This document shows, piece after piece, positions 1-14,205 of a stretch of 64,000 nt of DNA (its first letter is position 1; the number at the start of each line of letters is the position of its first letter). Where the stretch lies: positions 51,460,001 through 51,524,000 of the forward strand of contig NC_042998.1 of the NCBI RefSeq assembly GCF_006345805.1, given 5' to 3'. Origin of the DNA: Octopus sinensis. Its lineage: Eukaryota. The notes beneath the pieces are model-generated. The model saw nothing but the letters and a program-made list of their open reading frames with translations. It was not told where the DNA came from and ran no database searches. The translations under genes were made by a program, and so were the position numbers.

Positions 1-57
1 GACTGACCTCTCCCCTCAAATTTGGTGGCCTTTTCTTTTTCTTTCAAAATTTAAAAG

Positions 58-88
<31 letters not shown>

Positions 89-328
89 TTTATTATATAA
101 AAGGCGGTGAAATGTTTAAGTGGTATTTCATCTGCCGCTACATTCTGAATTCAAATTCTACCAAAGTCAACTTTGCCTTTTATCCTTTTGGGATAAGTAC
201 CAGTTGAACACTAGTCTTGAAAGGATGAAAGTCAAAGTTGACCTCAGAGGGATTCAAACTCAGAAGGTAAAGAGCTGAAACAAATTGCAACCTTTGTGGG
301 AAAATTATTATTGTTGTTGTTGTTGTTG

Positions 329-396
<68 letters not shown>

Positions 397-624
397 ATAC
401 ACACACACACACACACACCATTTTAGATCATTTTGGAAATATTTTTAGGTATGTTTAAATATGCTTAAAACTTGTCTTCAAAGTAATTCAATCTCTTGAA
501 TCAAATCTGAATCAAGTCATTGTTTTTTTTGTTTTTTTGTCTTTTAGCCTGTTTCTATGTAAAACTGATTTTCCACAACCTTACTCTCCTTATTTATTCA
601 TACTCTATCTCTCTCACTCTTCCC

Positions 625-676
<52 letters not shown>

Positions 677-1286
677 CATCACTTTTTTCTATGTACATTC
701 ATTCTCTTTCAAAGCTTCATCATCATTATTATTATTATTATTATTATGTTTGTTTTATATATACATATATAATACAGATATGTATTTCTCCATATATTAA
801 TAAAATATATGCTCATACACACAGAATATAATCCATACTCTCTCTCTTTTATTTTTTTTAATCCCCTTTCATCGAAACATTTTTTTTTTCCTTCTTTAGC
901 TTTTGTTAGATTGATATTATTTCTTTCATTTATTTGTTTCTATTTTAAATTAATTTCACAAAAATTCGGTGGTTTCTCTGAAAATTTTAATGTTTTGTTG
1001 GTTTATTTCATCCTTTCGTATTTCATTCAGCAATGAAAATGATTGCAACACTCTTCTAGTATTCACTCAAAATTGAAAATAATGGATTTATAAAATTTCT
1101 GTTTTCCTATTGAATATAAAATACAGTGTGTATATGTTTGTGAGTATGGCTCTGTGTTGTAAGAACCACTTGTTTTCTGGTTCAGTCCCACTGCATAGCA
1201 CCTTGAGCAAGTGTCTTCTTCTATAGCCTCGGGCCAACCAAAGCCTTGTGAGTGGATTTGGTTGGAGGAAACTGAAAGATGACCAT

Positions 1287-1318
<32 letters not shown>

Positions 1319-1321
<3 letters not shown>

Positions 1322-2206
1322 GTGGATCAATAAATTGTCGTCTAAATTATACAAAAATGAAAATAACACTGACAAATCATTTTAACAGATATATTTACTA
1401 AAATTACATAAAAATATCTTGAAATACTAAAGAGTAAATTTATTCAATAATATCGCCATTGGCTTCAACCACGGCCTCCAGACAACATCAGAATCTCCTG
1501 CAACTCTTCTGGACGGTCTACTTGTTTAAGTTCATGAATGCTGTCATAATCCTTGCCTTCAGTTCATCTTTGGTGTTACAAGGAGTTTTGTTAGTCTCAC
1601 ACTCAACTGCGCTCCACACATAATAATCAAGGGGTTGCAGTCAGGGGAGTTATGTGGCCAGATGTTAGAGGTGATGTCATTGCAGAAATTTTCTGACAGC
1701 CATGACTGGGATCTCCTGCTTGTGTGGCATGGTGCAGAGTCCTGTTGTGAGATATAGGGTCTTTCAGCAACCATCCTCTTTACTCAGGGCAGCACTATCT
1801 CCTCCAGGCACTTGATGTAGGCTTCTGTGTTGAGTCTGATGTCATGTGGGAAGATGAATGGAGGTATTATGTCACCATCCTAGTGATCACTCTAAACACC
1901 ATGATGTTGACTGGATGTTTGATTTTTATCACTTTCAGTACATGTTTTGGGGACACAGCAAGCCAATAGTTGTTCTGTGTGTTCACCATCTGATTTTGGC
2001 AGAAATTTTTTTCATCTGAGATAAAGAATGTTCAGTTGGAGGGGATGCTTAAATTAGTTCAAAAGCTTCGTAGCGTGGTCTTTCCTCTTGTCCTTAATGA
2101 CTTAGGACTTTAATTGGCCCTTTCTCATCTTGTATGAGGAATACCAAATGTCTTCATGCACTACCTAACTGATAAGAAACTCAGACACTCCCATGTCTTT
2201 GGCAAT
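1319..2206 (-). mobile_element. Decayed Tc1/mariner-superfamily transposon of DD37D (maT-like) type, 5'-truncated
   Basis: Minus strand reads DGDIIPPFIFPH...YIKCLEE...QQDSAPCH...WPHNSPDCNPL(D)YYVW. Spacing is 37 residues between the 2nd and 3rd Asp once a 1-nt deletion is restored. Contains stops and frameshifts; left end is CAGG.. next to TA. Confidence 0.8.
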
Positions 2207-2556
2207 GTGTGTGTGTGTGTGTGTGTGTATTTATGTGTGAGTCTTTGTGTCTCCATCACTTGACAACCGATCTTGGTGTGTTTACGTTCCTGTAATTTAG
2301 TGGTTTGGCAAAAGAGATTGATAGAACAAGTACTAGGCTTACAAAGAATAAGTCCTGGGGTCGATTGCTTTGACTAAACTCATTTAAGGCTGTGCTCCAG
2401 CATGGTCACAGTCAAATGACTGAGACAAGTAAAAGAATAAAAGAATATACACACACATGTAGCGCTCTGAACATATCTGAGTGGTTAAGATATTCATTTC
2501 ACAGCGATGAGCACATAGGTTTGATCCCACTGTATGGTATTTTCAGCAAATATCCT

Positions 2557-2976
2557 TTAACCCTTTAGCATTTAAACTAGCAATATCTGGCCCCAAATAT
2601 TCTATAACAAGTCAGATCCAGCCTCTCACACCTACCCTACAATGTCATTCTAAAAGTGAATTATGTCATTGAAATCTCAAAGCTACAAGATAATGCATGC
2701 TTAATTCAAAACAATGTGAATACATAAGTATTACATTTGATAGAGTAATCTGAATGCAAAAAGAGTCAAGCCAGCCATATTTGGCCCAAATATGCAACCT
2801 ATTTCACACCCAAACTAGCCTGATCCCTTCTCTCACACCTACCCTACAATGCCATTCAAAAAATAACAATCACGTCATCAAAATTTTGAATCTACAAGGG
2901 AATGCATAATAAATTAAAACTATGTGAATAAATAAGCACTACATTTGATAGAATAATCTGAATGCTAAAGGGTTTA
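2557..2976. mobile_element. Two tandem copies of a piggyBac-type MITE
   Basis: TTAA-CCCTTTAGCATT ... AATGCTAAAGGG-T(T)AA termini with the internal body repeated twice. Same family at about 5181-5387, 12760-12983, 23460-23661, 38460-38660 and 62781-63001. Confidence 0.75.
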
Positions 2977-3123
2977 ACATAATCTCAGGTCAAACTGAAG
3001 TGGAATTGGGTCGGGAGAAATTATTTGGAAGCCTGTCAGATTGAACTGCACCCATAAATTAAAGGGCCAGTTTTGTTGCACCATGTAACATACTCATTTT
3101 GATGTGGTGGGGATTATATTAAG

Positions 3124-3468
3124 GTGCAACTGAGACCCCCTTCGGTCATGACACAGACCATGGGATTGCACCTAGAAAGTTACCCTCCTAGGCACAAGTC
3201 CGGGCAAGGTTGTTTATGGAAGACCAGCAGTTGCCCATGCATACCGCCTTCCCTCTCCACGCCACCAGTGTTATCCAACCGAAAGGCAAAGGCCAATACA
3301 GCTTGGTACCTGTGATGTTGCAACTCATTTCTACAGCTGAGTGAACTGGAGCAACGTGAAATAAAGTGTCTTGCTCAAGAACATAACACGCAGCCCAATC
3401 CGAGATTCAAGCTCACGACCTCACGATCGTAAGCTTGACGCTCTAACCACTGAGCCATGCGCCTTCAC
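3124..3468 (-). mobile_element. tRNA-derived SINE, family C (tRNA-Arg-like head)
   Basis: Minus-strand head GTGAAGGCGCATGGCTCAGTGGTTAGAGCGTC..CTTACGATCG with A box, ACG anticodon-like loop and degenerate B box. Other copies at 13065-13335, 46022-46345, 48640-48960, 52268-52598, 59190-59428. Confidence 0.8.
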
Positions 3469-3906
3469 ATCACATAAGGTGCAATTATCTGCACAATAAT
3501 ACACAGCCAATCATAAACTAACTTATTGAGTAGGCCATCCATGTCATTGATTGAACAATTAGAATATTTCTCCTTAAAACTGACAGCACTGTGATACATT
3601 ATACATGTGTGTATATGTATGTTTTGGCTTGTGAAACCTGGATCTAGCAAACTCTACAGACGAAACCTTCATGCTTCAACAGAGCGGAAGGTGGCTGCAA
3701 CAACACTTTGTAGAGTGCAGAAACCAAGATGAGGCAAGTAAGACATTTCGGTCATCCACTGTATCCATCTCCATCCCCAGTCATCTTGATCTGGTCTTGC
3801 CACTGAATTGAAGATGATCATGGATGAAAGTGTCTGGTTGGCTGAAGGTATGCAACTCTTCCTTTGCACAAGTCAGTCATTCTTAATGATGACTAACTTG
3901 ATGGTC

Positions 3907-3978
3907 CTTGTGGACAAACATATGTATACTTGTGGACAAACATATGTATACCAGTGGACAAACATATGTATACTTGTG
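3907..3978. repeat. Minisatellite, 22-bp unit x3.3
   Basis: CTTGTGGACAAACATATGTATA repeated directly; the third copy has 2 changes. Confidence 0.85.
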
Positions 3979-6175
3979 AATATGTATGTATAGGAACGAC
4001 ATCCATGCTTGTGAATACGTATGTTAGGAAGGGCATCTAGCTGTAGAAAGCATGCCAAATTAGACTGGAGTCTGGTGCAGCCCCTCAGCTTACCAGCCCT
4101 GGTCAAACCATTCAACTCATGCCAGCATAGACAATGGACATTAAATGATGATGATGGTGAAGATGATACATGCTTGTGTGCATATATGTGAAATTGTTCA
4201 TGTATGTATGTGCATATATGTGTATATGTGTGTAAATATGTACGTATGTGTATGTGTGTGTGAATATGTCTGTGTAGGCGCAGAATTTAAGAAGTTGATT
4301 TTGCAATGGTGAGATCTAGGATTTGATTGTGTGGCATCTCAATGCAGGTGTCTTTTACTGTAGTGTCAAGTTGGAGTAAGCCTTGTGAGTGAAATTAGAT
4401 AAAAGAAACTGTGCAGACCCCCACCACCACCATCACCACCACTGCTGGATCATATTTGTAATTCAATAGTCCAGACCCACCAGACCAGACATACAGGCCT
4501 ATCCTGAATTTTGGCCTTTTCCAAGGAACAAGTGTGTTTGTATGTGTATATATATAGATATATGTATGTGTATACGTGTGTGTAGGCATGTATGCATATT
4601 TGTTTGTATATTGTGAGTTCATATCTCTTGAATGGTGGCGGGGGCGGTGTTTTTTTTTTGCTTTTTATTTTTGGCATCCATTGAAAATATATTAAAAGAA
4701 CCTCGTTTTCTGTTTCTTCTTTTATTGCCACACTGTGTGAATTGACCTGTCTGCATATATGAATGTTTGTCTGGCTGAGCGAATCAATGTTCCTATTAGA
4801 TATACGATAATATTAAATCAGTTCACTATTAAATCTGATTCAGTTTCAATCTATGGAATTTAGGTTTTATTCAAATATTCTTTGAAAACTTTTAAGCAAA
4901 TCTGAAATGGAAATTCAGACTTAAATAAATTCTTTCAATTGTCTCTTATGACCTGGAGAAATCAAAGCTTGTAAATGTTGATTACTTTTTCTGAAAAGAT
5001 CATTCTAGGACAATGAGATGATTTGAAAGAGATTTGGCTGCTGTTACTAGTAATTTGAGCAATGGCATAAGTGACTTTCTCTTTGATATACATTGTTAGC
5101 ACTAGAAATATTAGAATCAAATATTTTTTTTTGTCACAAATTATGACTATGTTATCCATTCTGTCTTTTTTGTAATTTAATCCTTTAGCATTAAAACTGG
5201 CTCAAGTATTTTACTTGTTTTATGTTCAAACCAGCCAGATTAGGCTATGTAAACTTCCCCTACTATGTCATTTTTAAAATAATCACATTATTGAAATCTT
5301 GAAACTACAAGATAATGTATGATTAGTTCAAAACCATGTGAATAAATAAGTATTACATTTTATAGAGTAATCTGAATATTAAAGTATTAAGATGGTAGAT
5401 GTAGTTGCCTTTTCTGGCATGTTTAGCTACCATGTTTAGCTTTTTAGTTAAACAGGTGCTTTTTAGTTGCCTAATTTGAATAGTTAAATGGGTTGGGCAA
5501 TATATTTAACACAGTTTCTATGTAGATGAGAGGGAGTCTGATTTTGGCAGATACAATCACAACTCTAAGATGTGTTATTATTATTAAACCTCTTCAGAGA
5601 AAGCATAGTCTTTCAATATCCCAAATAACTAAGATGTTAATCAAAATTAAGTGTTTGTTTTAGTGTAGTTAGAATTCTTTTTGAAATTTCCAAATACTCC
5701 TCCATAAGTTCTATGTTAAGTGTTTCATTTCCAAATACTTCCTCAGCTTTTCAAAGCTTAACATTTCCTTTAGTTACATAACAATTTAACAAATTGATAC
5801 AGATTTAATTTATCTGTAAATATAACTGCTTCTCTTCTTTCATTATTCAATTATCATTGTCATATGGTAATGCAATACTTCTGACATATTCCCGATTATA
5901 TAATTTCTCTTTTATTTGAATGCAAAGTAAAATATTATCCTTCTATATAGTCTGCATCTGAAAGACAGTGGAGCTGAAATTATATGATGATAACTGAAAC
6001 AAAATCCCCTCCTTCTTGCTTGAAAATGACAGGTAGCTTGTCATACTTAAATTATTACATACTCATTTCTTCTCATAGCAATATATGTATAACAAAATTT
6101 TATTACACTCATATTCACAAATATACCTTTCTAAGTTTTCTGATATGCAGTCTCTTTTTCTTCTGTTTTTTCCAG

Positions 6176-6302
6176 ATACTGCCACATTGTTAGTTTATTT
6201 TGGTGCTTTACTTACTTGGCCTTCTTCCGTACCGCATCTTGGTTTGGTTTTCCAGCACCACCTGCTTTTGCTAATGCAGTACAACTGTTTTTAACATTAC
6301 GG
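6176..6302 (+). CDS. MBOAT7: MBOAT7/LPIAT1 coding exon (first in window; 127 nt, phase 2 to 0)
   Basis: Acceptor ttttttccag, donor GG|gtaagt. Translates YCHIVSLFWCFTYLAFFRTASWFGFPAPPAFANAVQLFLTLR, matching human MBOAT7 CHALALAWTFSYLLFFR...PTPFTNAVQLLLTLK (recalled sequence). Confidence 0.93.
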
Positions 6303-7507
6303 GTAAGTTAACTAAACCCATTAAGTTTTTTAATGCTAGATTATTGCTATTTTAAGCAAACATGTGGAGATAAATTAAAAGAACAGTCTTTTATATATGT
6401 TACTGCTAGCCTGTACTTATAATTGTTGATAGATTGGGTGTTATGAGTTTCTTCATGGTAGAAGATATGATTTTCAAGTTATTGATTACAGCTAACAAGG
6501 AAGTAACTGGCTCATTATATGGGAATGGTTCCTGAAATTCCTAGCAACTTTTAATTTTTGTCATCATTATTTGTCATATCATGTTATATTTGCTTGCTCT
6601 CAGAAAGTTTTAAATGTTGGCTCAAATAATAGCTTGAACACCAGATTGGCTTAAGTTCTTAAAAAGCAATTTTCTAAAAGTTCTGGGTTATCCAAGTATT
6701 CAAAATTTGTTTCTGATGTTATGTGTATATGGACTTCATTATTTTCTCTTTTATCCAATCCAGAAAATAGATTTAAGCTTATATTGTTATGAATGGTTAA
6801 CTGCAGGTCAGAAAGAGCTTTAACAGTAAGATACCTGCTCCATAAGACGTAGGGTATCTCAAAATGAAAAGGAAGTATGTCTTTCTGCATGATAAATGGT
6901 TTATTAGCTATGGTGTATTGGCTCAAAAATGTTTCAAAGAATTCTCTTTATTTGTTCATGTGAATTGTTTGGAAGCTGGAGCCCATCAGCGCAGTTTACC
7001 AAGCTGGGTGATTAGTCAAAGATGATTGCAATGCTTACCAGACCATTCTTTGTATAAAGGCACTGCATGTGTATTGGCTATATCATAATTTCATACTACA
7101 TTTTCACACATCCAGTAAAGTTTCTATAATCTCTAGTGACATTCATTTAATGGACATTGTTATAGGCATTATTTTTCTTTAATGCCAGTAAATGTTAGTA
7201 AGGCTTGCAAAACTTCAATAAACCTTTTGCTGCCATATTTCTGTTGAAAAACACTGCCTTTGTTTCTGTTCATTTCAAAAATAATGAAGAATTTATCAAA
7301 ATAACCTAGTCGTTATTATGTTGATTTTTGGATCATAGCATGAAATTTTGATGGAAGGTTTAATTTACATCACTTTAAAAGAATGAGGGCAGTTCCAGGT
7401 AGGTTAGTATCAAAATGGTTAGTCTGTGTCTCTTCTACAAGACCTTCATGTTAAGAGCTATTCAAAATGGTTTTTCTCTGATTCTTATGTCAATACATGA
7501 GGGAAGT

Positions 7508-7725
7508 AAGACGGCAAGATGGCAGAAATGTTAGCATGCCAGGAAAAATGCATAATAGTATTTCATATGTTTTTATGTTCTAAGTTCAAATTCTGCCATG
7601 GTCAACTTTGCCTTTCATCCTTTTGGGGTCAATAAAATAAGTACTAGTTGACCACTGGAGTCAGTGTAATTGACTTACCCACTCCTCAAAAATTGCTGGC
7701 CTTGTGTCAAAATCTGAAACCATAT
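7508..7725 (+). mobile_element. tRNA-derived SINE, family A
   Basis: GGCAAGATGGCAGAAATGTTAGC (A box) ... AAGTTCAAATTC (B box) ... GTCAACTTTGCCTTTCATCC body shared with many copies. Confidence 0.75.
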
Positions 7726-9727
7726 ATGAAAGAAGTTTCTATCCTACAATCCATTCATGTAACCTACATTGCTCTATTTAGTAGAAAAAAAGTGAAAACA
7801 TGGCCAAAAACAGTGCTTTCTTTCCACTGCAAATGGCTTATATCTTCTTCAACACAAACAATTATCAAGTTGGATTAGCAAGCCCACCTCAAGAAAATGT
7901 GGACTACAGACAGCTGAACTTTGACATTATAGAGTTGCTAGAGTCTGTCTGAACATGTATTTAGAATAGACTGAGCACTGTTGATAGAACCATGATAGAC
8001 TTTTAAAGACAGCAGTCGGGCTTTAAGCACTCCATTAAACCTTATATGCGTTTCTCTATGACTCCCTATAACAGCCTCTACAAGTACTATTGAGAGTCAC
8101 CTAAAGGCACACAATGGAGTAGAGGAATGGCAAAATTGCCAGATAAAGGGAAACCTTGGATAGACTTAACAGAGGGCATTGCTGATAATGTACCACAAGT
8201 GAACTGCTTACATCAAAATATAAAATGTTGGTGTTTAAGGAGGAAGAGGACTGTATTAACCCAGCCCATTACCTTTTGTTTTCTTTACTCTCTGCCCTCT
8301 TGCTTCACTTTCTTAAATCTACTCATATCTTCTATTTGCACTACATATCTTTACCAGCCTATTCATTTATCTCTGTTAGGAGATTCATTAGAAAAATCAC
8401 ATAATCAGAAGCATGGAAGTTATAGCTTTGGTGTTCTAGTTTTGTTCATGTCAGCTCCTCCTTCCACTACTGTTGTTACCACCACCACTAGGAAAGCTGA
8501 CATGTTTAATTATACAGCACTTAATACAGTGGTAGCATTACATGAATAAGGGGAAAACTCATCTGAAAGAATTTGAATTTGTTTACTTAAGTGCCTCTCT
8601 TAATCCAAACAAAGCGATTGTTAGCAGGTGCGTTGTGTGTGAGATAGCAGCAGAATGGGTGGAGAGCATGAGAAAATGAAAGTGAAAGTGAATTGATCGT
8701 TTTTGCTTTTTTTAAGCAGCAAAACATAATTGAAACTGACAAGGCAACATAATATACTTCAGAATGAAAAGTGAAAGCAATAAACATTTACTTTAAATTT
8801 TGAAATTCTTATTGAGCATACAACAAGAAAATTGCTGGTAATGCTGTTAGTTTTATTGATTAGAGTGGAGTGGGATGTAGTTTGAGAGAGAGAAGAAAAA
8901 AAACAGAAACAAATGTAAAGCATTTTTAAATTGAAGCTTGAAGCAACATCAGGAAATATTATAATATTGATTTCAAATATAGGCACAAGGCCACAATGAT
9001 TTTCTTTCTTGTTGGTAGGATGGAGATGAAGGTAACACTCAATTATGTCTACCTCAGTATATTATTAGTTCTTATTTTATCACCATTTCTTCCTTCAAGA
9101 AGTATGAAAGTGAATGTAAACTTCATCCGGATTTGAACTGAGAATATGAGAAGGTGTAGCTAATTAGAGCAAAGCATTTTGCTCGCTACTCTACCAATTC
9201 AGTGAGAACAGAACATATAGAAATAATGGTAGTGGTGGTATTATTTTTTTAAAAATGGACATATTTTTATATAATTTTTGATAACAGTAAAAAACAAAAA
9301 TGAGTTGTTCTTATGTATGTTAAATTAGGGCTGACCTGAAGCAATACAACAGCCGTCATATTGAATACAGGCATAAATCTTTGAATAAGTTATGTTGTTG
9401 TTGATGCTGTTTGACCTTGATGTTTCAGCTATGGTTATACAACGTCAAATGATAGTAGGTTATGTTTGAGGAAGATTTGTCTGCTATTTATAGCAGATTG
9501 AGTAATAAGTATAAACACTCCCTTTTAAGTGATGTATTTTTCCTGTCCACACACATATACACTCAGTTGGATGGCTTAAAATTTTCTCTATTTGAATATA
9601 CATAGTGTTGGTATTATTTTCATGGAGAGACATCATAAGACTGAGAGAACTCTTTAGTTTTATCTTGTCAAAGACACAACCTCTGTAGTGCTGGTGCCAT
9701 GGTAAAATTCAATGAGTATTCTCTATA

Positions 9728-9930
9728 TTCCCTGGAGAAGGACATCATGCTCGGAATGGTCAGTGGCAAGAGAGGATGAGGCCGACCAAGAACCCGCTCG
9801 CTTGACATCATCAAGAGTGATACCGGAATGGACATAGCCAATTTAAAAGAAGCGGCCCAGGATAGAACTGACTGGAGGACACTGATCCAACGAGTAACCG
9901 AGAGCCGACTTCGACTGAGCGGATAGATAG
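9728..9930 (+). mobile_element. 5'-truncated RTE-BovB-like LINE with target-site duplication
   Basis: SLEKDIMLGMVSGKRG*GRPRTRSLDIIKSDTGMDIANLKEAAQDRTDWRTLIQRVTESRLRLSG* resembles the BovB ORF C-terminus. Short (TAGA) tail; ATTCTCTATA duplicated at 9718-9727 and 9931-9940. Confidence 0.85.
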
Positions 9931-11587
9931 ATTCTCTATAAAGTAGTTGATGTTAAGAAGGATGTCCAGCTGTTGAATTTGTGTCAAAATAAATCCTATA
10001 AACATGATATGGTCCTTCTCATCATAACTAGAATGGCAGTAACTCCAAATAAAACTTTCTCTCTGATGATGGTGACCTGTCTGACCCATGCCACCATGAA
10101 AAGCAGATGCACCCATTCAGTTATGAAATAAGATGACAGAGAACAAGTACATTATTAGCAACTGTTTCTTTTGATTTTGTTGGAGTAAACAGGGTTAAGG
10201 TATTTTCACTTGCGCAAAGGACCTAATAAAGTCAGTCTGAAAGGTTTTCCACATCTTTTTTTTTTTTTTGATGCAATTAAGTTGTTTAGAAAATAGTATT
10301 TGAAGTCATTGTCAGTTAAATATTTTCCTTTTCTTATTTGTTCGTGCTATTGAGGTAACCATTCATCTCAGAACTATGAACCATGCAGGAAGTAGGGGTC
10401 ATCTTCATGCTAGGGGATGAGAGATGGTCAGAGCAGATTCTTGTAGAGGATCTGCATGGCTGCTCACATTTGGTAGAAGAGAAGGAAAGAGAAGTGATCA
10501 GAAAGAGCTGCACATGATAAATAATGATGATAACCTGCCAAGGTGACCCTTCAAAGCACAAGATGAGTAGAAGTAGATAGACCGGTTATTTGCAAGATTT
10601 TATGGGGAGCAGAACATGAGGGCATAGGGAAACCTACTGCAGTTGTAAAAATAGAAGTAATACTGTAAAATTGATAAATATGTTAATGCTCATAATGAAA
10701 ATTTATATAAGTTTTACACATACGCATGCGCTTACATATTTTTCATGGCAAGTTGTATGTGATAGTCCTGCAGATTTTGATAATACATAATAAATTGTTG
10801 GGGGAACAATTATTTTGCATCCACCAGTGGTGCATAGCCTAGTGGTTAAGGGTGTTGTGCTCACAGGTATCAAATCATGGGTTCAATTCCCGGACTGGGC
10901 AGCATGTTGTGTTCTTGAGCAAAACACTTTCATATTTTTCTAGTGCTGTGTGGGGACTGGCATGTCAAAGAATAAACCCAACATTGGCTCTGTGTGTCGT
11001 AAAAGGGGACTGAAAGAAGTTGAGGTAGGATTTGCTCTCCAGCCTTGTAAAACCCTCACCAATGACAACTTCCCAAACAAACCCATGGGTTGGAGGGTTG
11101 TTGCCTGAGTGGTACAAAGGTGTCATTTGCCAAGGGCAGTAGGGAATCACCAACAAATGGTGGATGCAGCAATGCACTGCTACAGCACTTGCCCTCACAC
11201 TTCTACTACTTCTACACCAGTGGCTAAATACTCTTGCTTTAGAAATTGGACTGCTATCTTGAAACCAATCAGGGACCAAATACATAACCCAGAATAAGAT
11301 ATCAGATGACTATGTGATACTATGAGTTAGGTGTAAATAATCTAAGTATATACTCTAAGATAAGGTTGATAATCAAGAAAACTGTAATGTCAGCTATCTT
11401 ATGACAGAACATGAATGACAATGCTAATTATTTTTCTGTGAAAGTAGATGTACCAACAATATTAAGTGAAGTAATTTCAGTGCTTTATCTCAACTAATTA
11501 CCTAAGACAGAAGAACCATAGCAAAAACTCACTAGTCTAACATATTCACCATCAGATGTTTTAATGACCATACTGTTGTTTATTTAT

Positions 11588-11627
<40 letters not shown>

Positions 11628-13827
11628 TAAATAAAAAGTCCACTGCTTGACTTATCAATGGCCAGAGGTACCCACCAAAAGGCAATCATCCATATTGAAT
11701 TTCATGTAGGAGGGAACAGCTAATTATATCAGTCTCAGCACTCACTGGTACTTATTTTAACATCCCTCAAAAAAAAAAAAAAAAGGAAAGGCAGTACCAG
11801 CCTTGGCAGGATTTGAACTCAGAGGATGAGTTAAAAAGTTTAAATATCTTGCATTTAATGACATTCTAAAGATTCTACCAATATACCTATATATCTCAGA
11901 ATAAGTCTGCAATATTTTCCTTTTATTTTGTCTGTCTCTATTTTTGATCACTGATCTTAACAATTATTTGTTAGCTCTCTGAGATATGTCTTGGTTCATT
12001 TGTGCTCTGAATATCTCTTCATTTTTGTGCTATTTTTATTACTCTTATTCATTGCATATAAGTACCATACCTATATTTATATGTCTTTGTCACAACCAAA
12101 ATATCTTTAAAAGTTATTTAACCTCTGTCTGAGTTTGTATACAGCCTCTGCTATCCAATTATAATTTCATTGGCTATATCTTTTTCGTTTCAAGATATAT
12201 TTCAACCAGAAAAATTTCTGTGTCTTCAACACCCTCAGACAGTATGTATGTAATAGGCAGCAATCAACCTTAGTAATATCTGGATAGTGGGTTTGCTCAG
12301 TATGTAGAAACAGAGAAAATAGGGACTAAGTACTGTGTATTTAATGCTGTCAGCAGTTACACAAGTATTGTAATTCTCTGTCAGACTGGTAGGCAACCAT
12401 AACTTTACATATGTTAAACCATAACAACATTTATGAATTGTAATCCACTGATGCTCTGAAATGGATCACTTTTTATACCATGGTTTCAAATTTTGGTACA
12501 AAGCCAGAAATATCAGGGGTGGGGGCTTAGTTGATTATATTGTCCCCAGTGCTCAACTGGTACTTATTTTATTGGCCTGTAAGGATGAAAGGCAAAGTCG
12601 ACCCTGGTGGCATTTGAAATTCTATGGTTACTATTAATGTTGGAAGTTGTGATAAAAACTGTGGTACCTGAAATAAGAGAGACAGAAGGGAGGCATTTAT
12701 AGATTTATTACCTCTAAAAATTAACAAACCAACAGAGGAGTCTCTGTGTAGTTGCTTGACCCTTTAGCATTTAAACCAACCATATCTGGCCCAAATATTC
12801 TATCTGTTTTATGGTGAAACTAACCAGATCTGGCCTCTAACATCTATTCTATAATCTATTTCTAAAATTAAACAATCACATTATCAAAATCTCAAAACTG
12901 TAAGATAAAGCATGATTAATTCAAAACAATTTGAATGAATAAGAATTACATTTGTCAAAATAATATGAATCCTAATGGGTTAACCTATCAAATATCCTTC
13001 AAATGACACTTTACTATCTTAAAAGTTGACTCTTTGGGTAATGTAGTTCTAGATCAACTAAAAGGGTGAAGACCCCCCCTCCTTCAGTCATGACTGACCA
13101 TGGGACTGCAACTAGAAAGTTCCCCTCCAAGGCAAAAGTCCAGGCAAGGTTGCTTATGGAAGACCAGCAGTCGCCCATGCATACCAGCCTCCCTCTCCAT
13201 GCCACTGATGTTATCCAAGGGAAAGGCAAAGGCCAATACAGCTTGCCACCAATGATGTTACAACTCATTTCTACAGCTGAGTGAACTGGAGCAACATGAA
13301 ATAAAGTGTCTTCTTCAACAACACAGAACATAGTCCAGTCTTGATCTACTATTCCTGAATAAATGAAAAGACAATAGTCATGGCTGGAATACCCGAAGCT
13401 GACCCTGAGTTAAAATTACAATAGGTTTCTGTATGCAAGAAATAAGATGTGTATAAGAAGTATGTAAGCGGCTTGTTGCATGGTAGAGCCATGAGTATTA
13501 AATGTGTAAGATTTTGAAGGAAAGTCAAGGAAATGAACTGAGTAAGCTCTACTGGATGAACAACATCAACCCTTTAGTTACCATGCGTTTCTTCTTTTTT
13601 CATTTCTTTTTCAATTCAATCAACTTTAGTCCAGTACAAAAAAAAGAATTTGGAGTATTTCTCTCTGTTTAATATTTGGAAAAGAAAATGAAACAAAAGA
13701 TGCAGCAGCAGCTACTGTTTGCAGCATCATTAAGTGTTTCTTATGAAATCTTTCCAAATAGTTTTCTCTCATCTTCCTTAATCTGACTCCTTCATTTAAT
13801 GTCTAATTACATTTGTTATATATGCAG

Positions 13828-13982
13828 TTCCTGGCATGGGTGTGTGGTAAGAAGCTTGCTTCCCAGCCACATGGTTTTAGGTTCAGTCCCAATAAATGCA
13901 ACAAGTGTTTTCTACTAAATTCCTTGGCCAACCAAAGCCTCGTGAGTGGATTTGCTTGAAGGAAACTGAAAGAAGCCCATTG

Positions 13983-14015
<33 letters not shown>

Positions 14016-14205
14016 TTGTCTCTCATCACTGCTTGACAGCTGCTTTTGGTTTGTTTATGCCCCCATAACTTAGCACTTTGGTAAGAAGAGATCAATAGAA
14101 TAAGTACCAGGGTTAAAAACAAGTTCTGAGATCAATTTGTTTGACTGAACCCTTCAAAGCAATGCCCTGCCCCAGGATGGCCACAGTTTAATGACTGAAA
14201 TAATC
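13828..14205 (+). mobile_element. tRNA-derived SINE, family B
   Basis: GGGTGTGTGGTAAGAAGCTTGCTTCCCAGCCACATGGT..GGTTCAGTCCC head, internal (TA)(TG) tract, 3' body. Family also at 1130-1310, 23703-23942, 26625-26815 (-), 57999-58442, 60270-60647, 61478-61845, 63385-63795 (-). Confidence 0.75.

Noticed and set aside
1-6175. Search for the first MBOAT7 coding exons
   Set aside because: No segment with the expected peptide and splice sites was found; they probably lie upstream of the window.
10063-10145. CTGATGA-TGGTG...CACCA-T-GAAA hammerhead-like arrangement
   Set aside because: No GTH closing stems III and I, and the sequence is a decayed family-D SINE tail.
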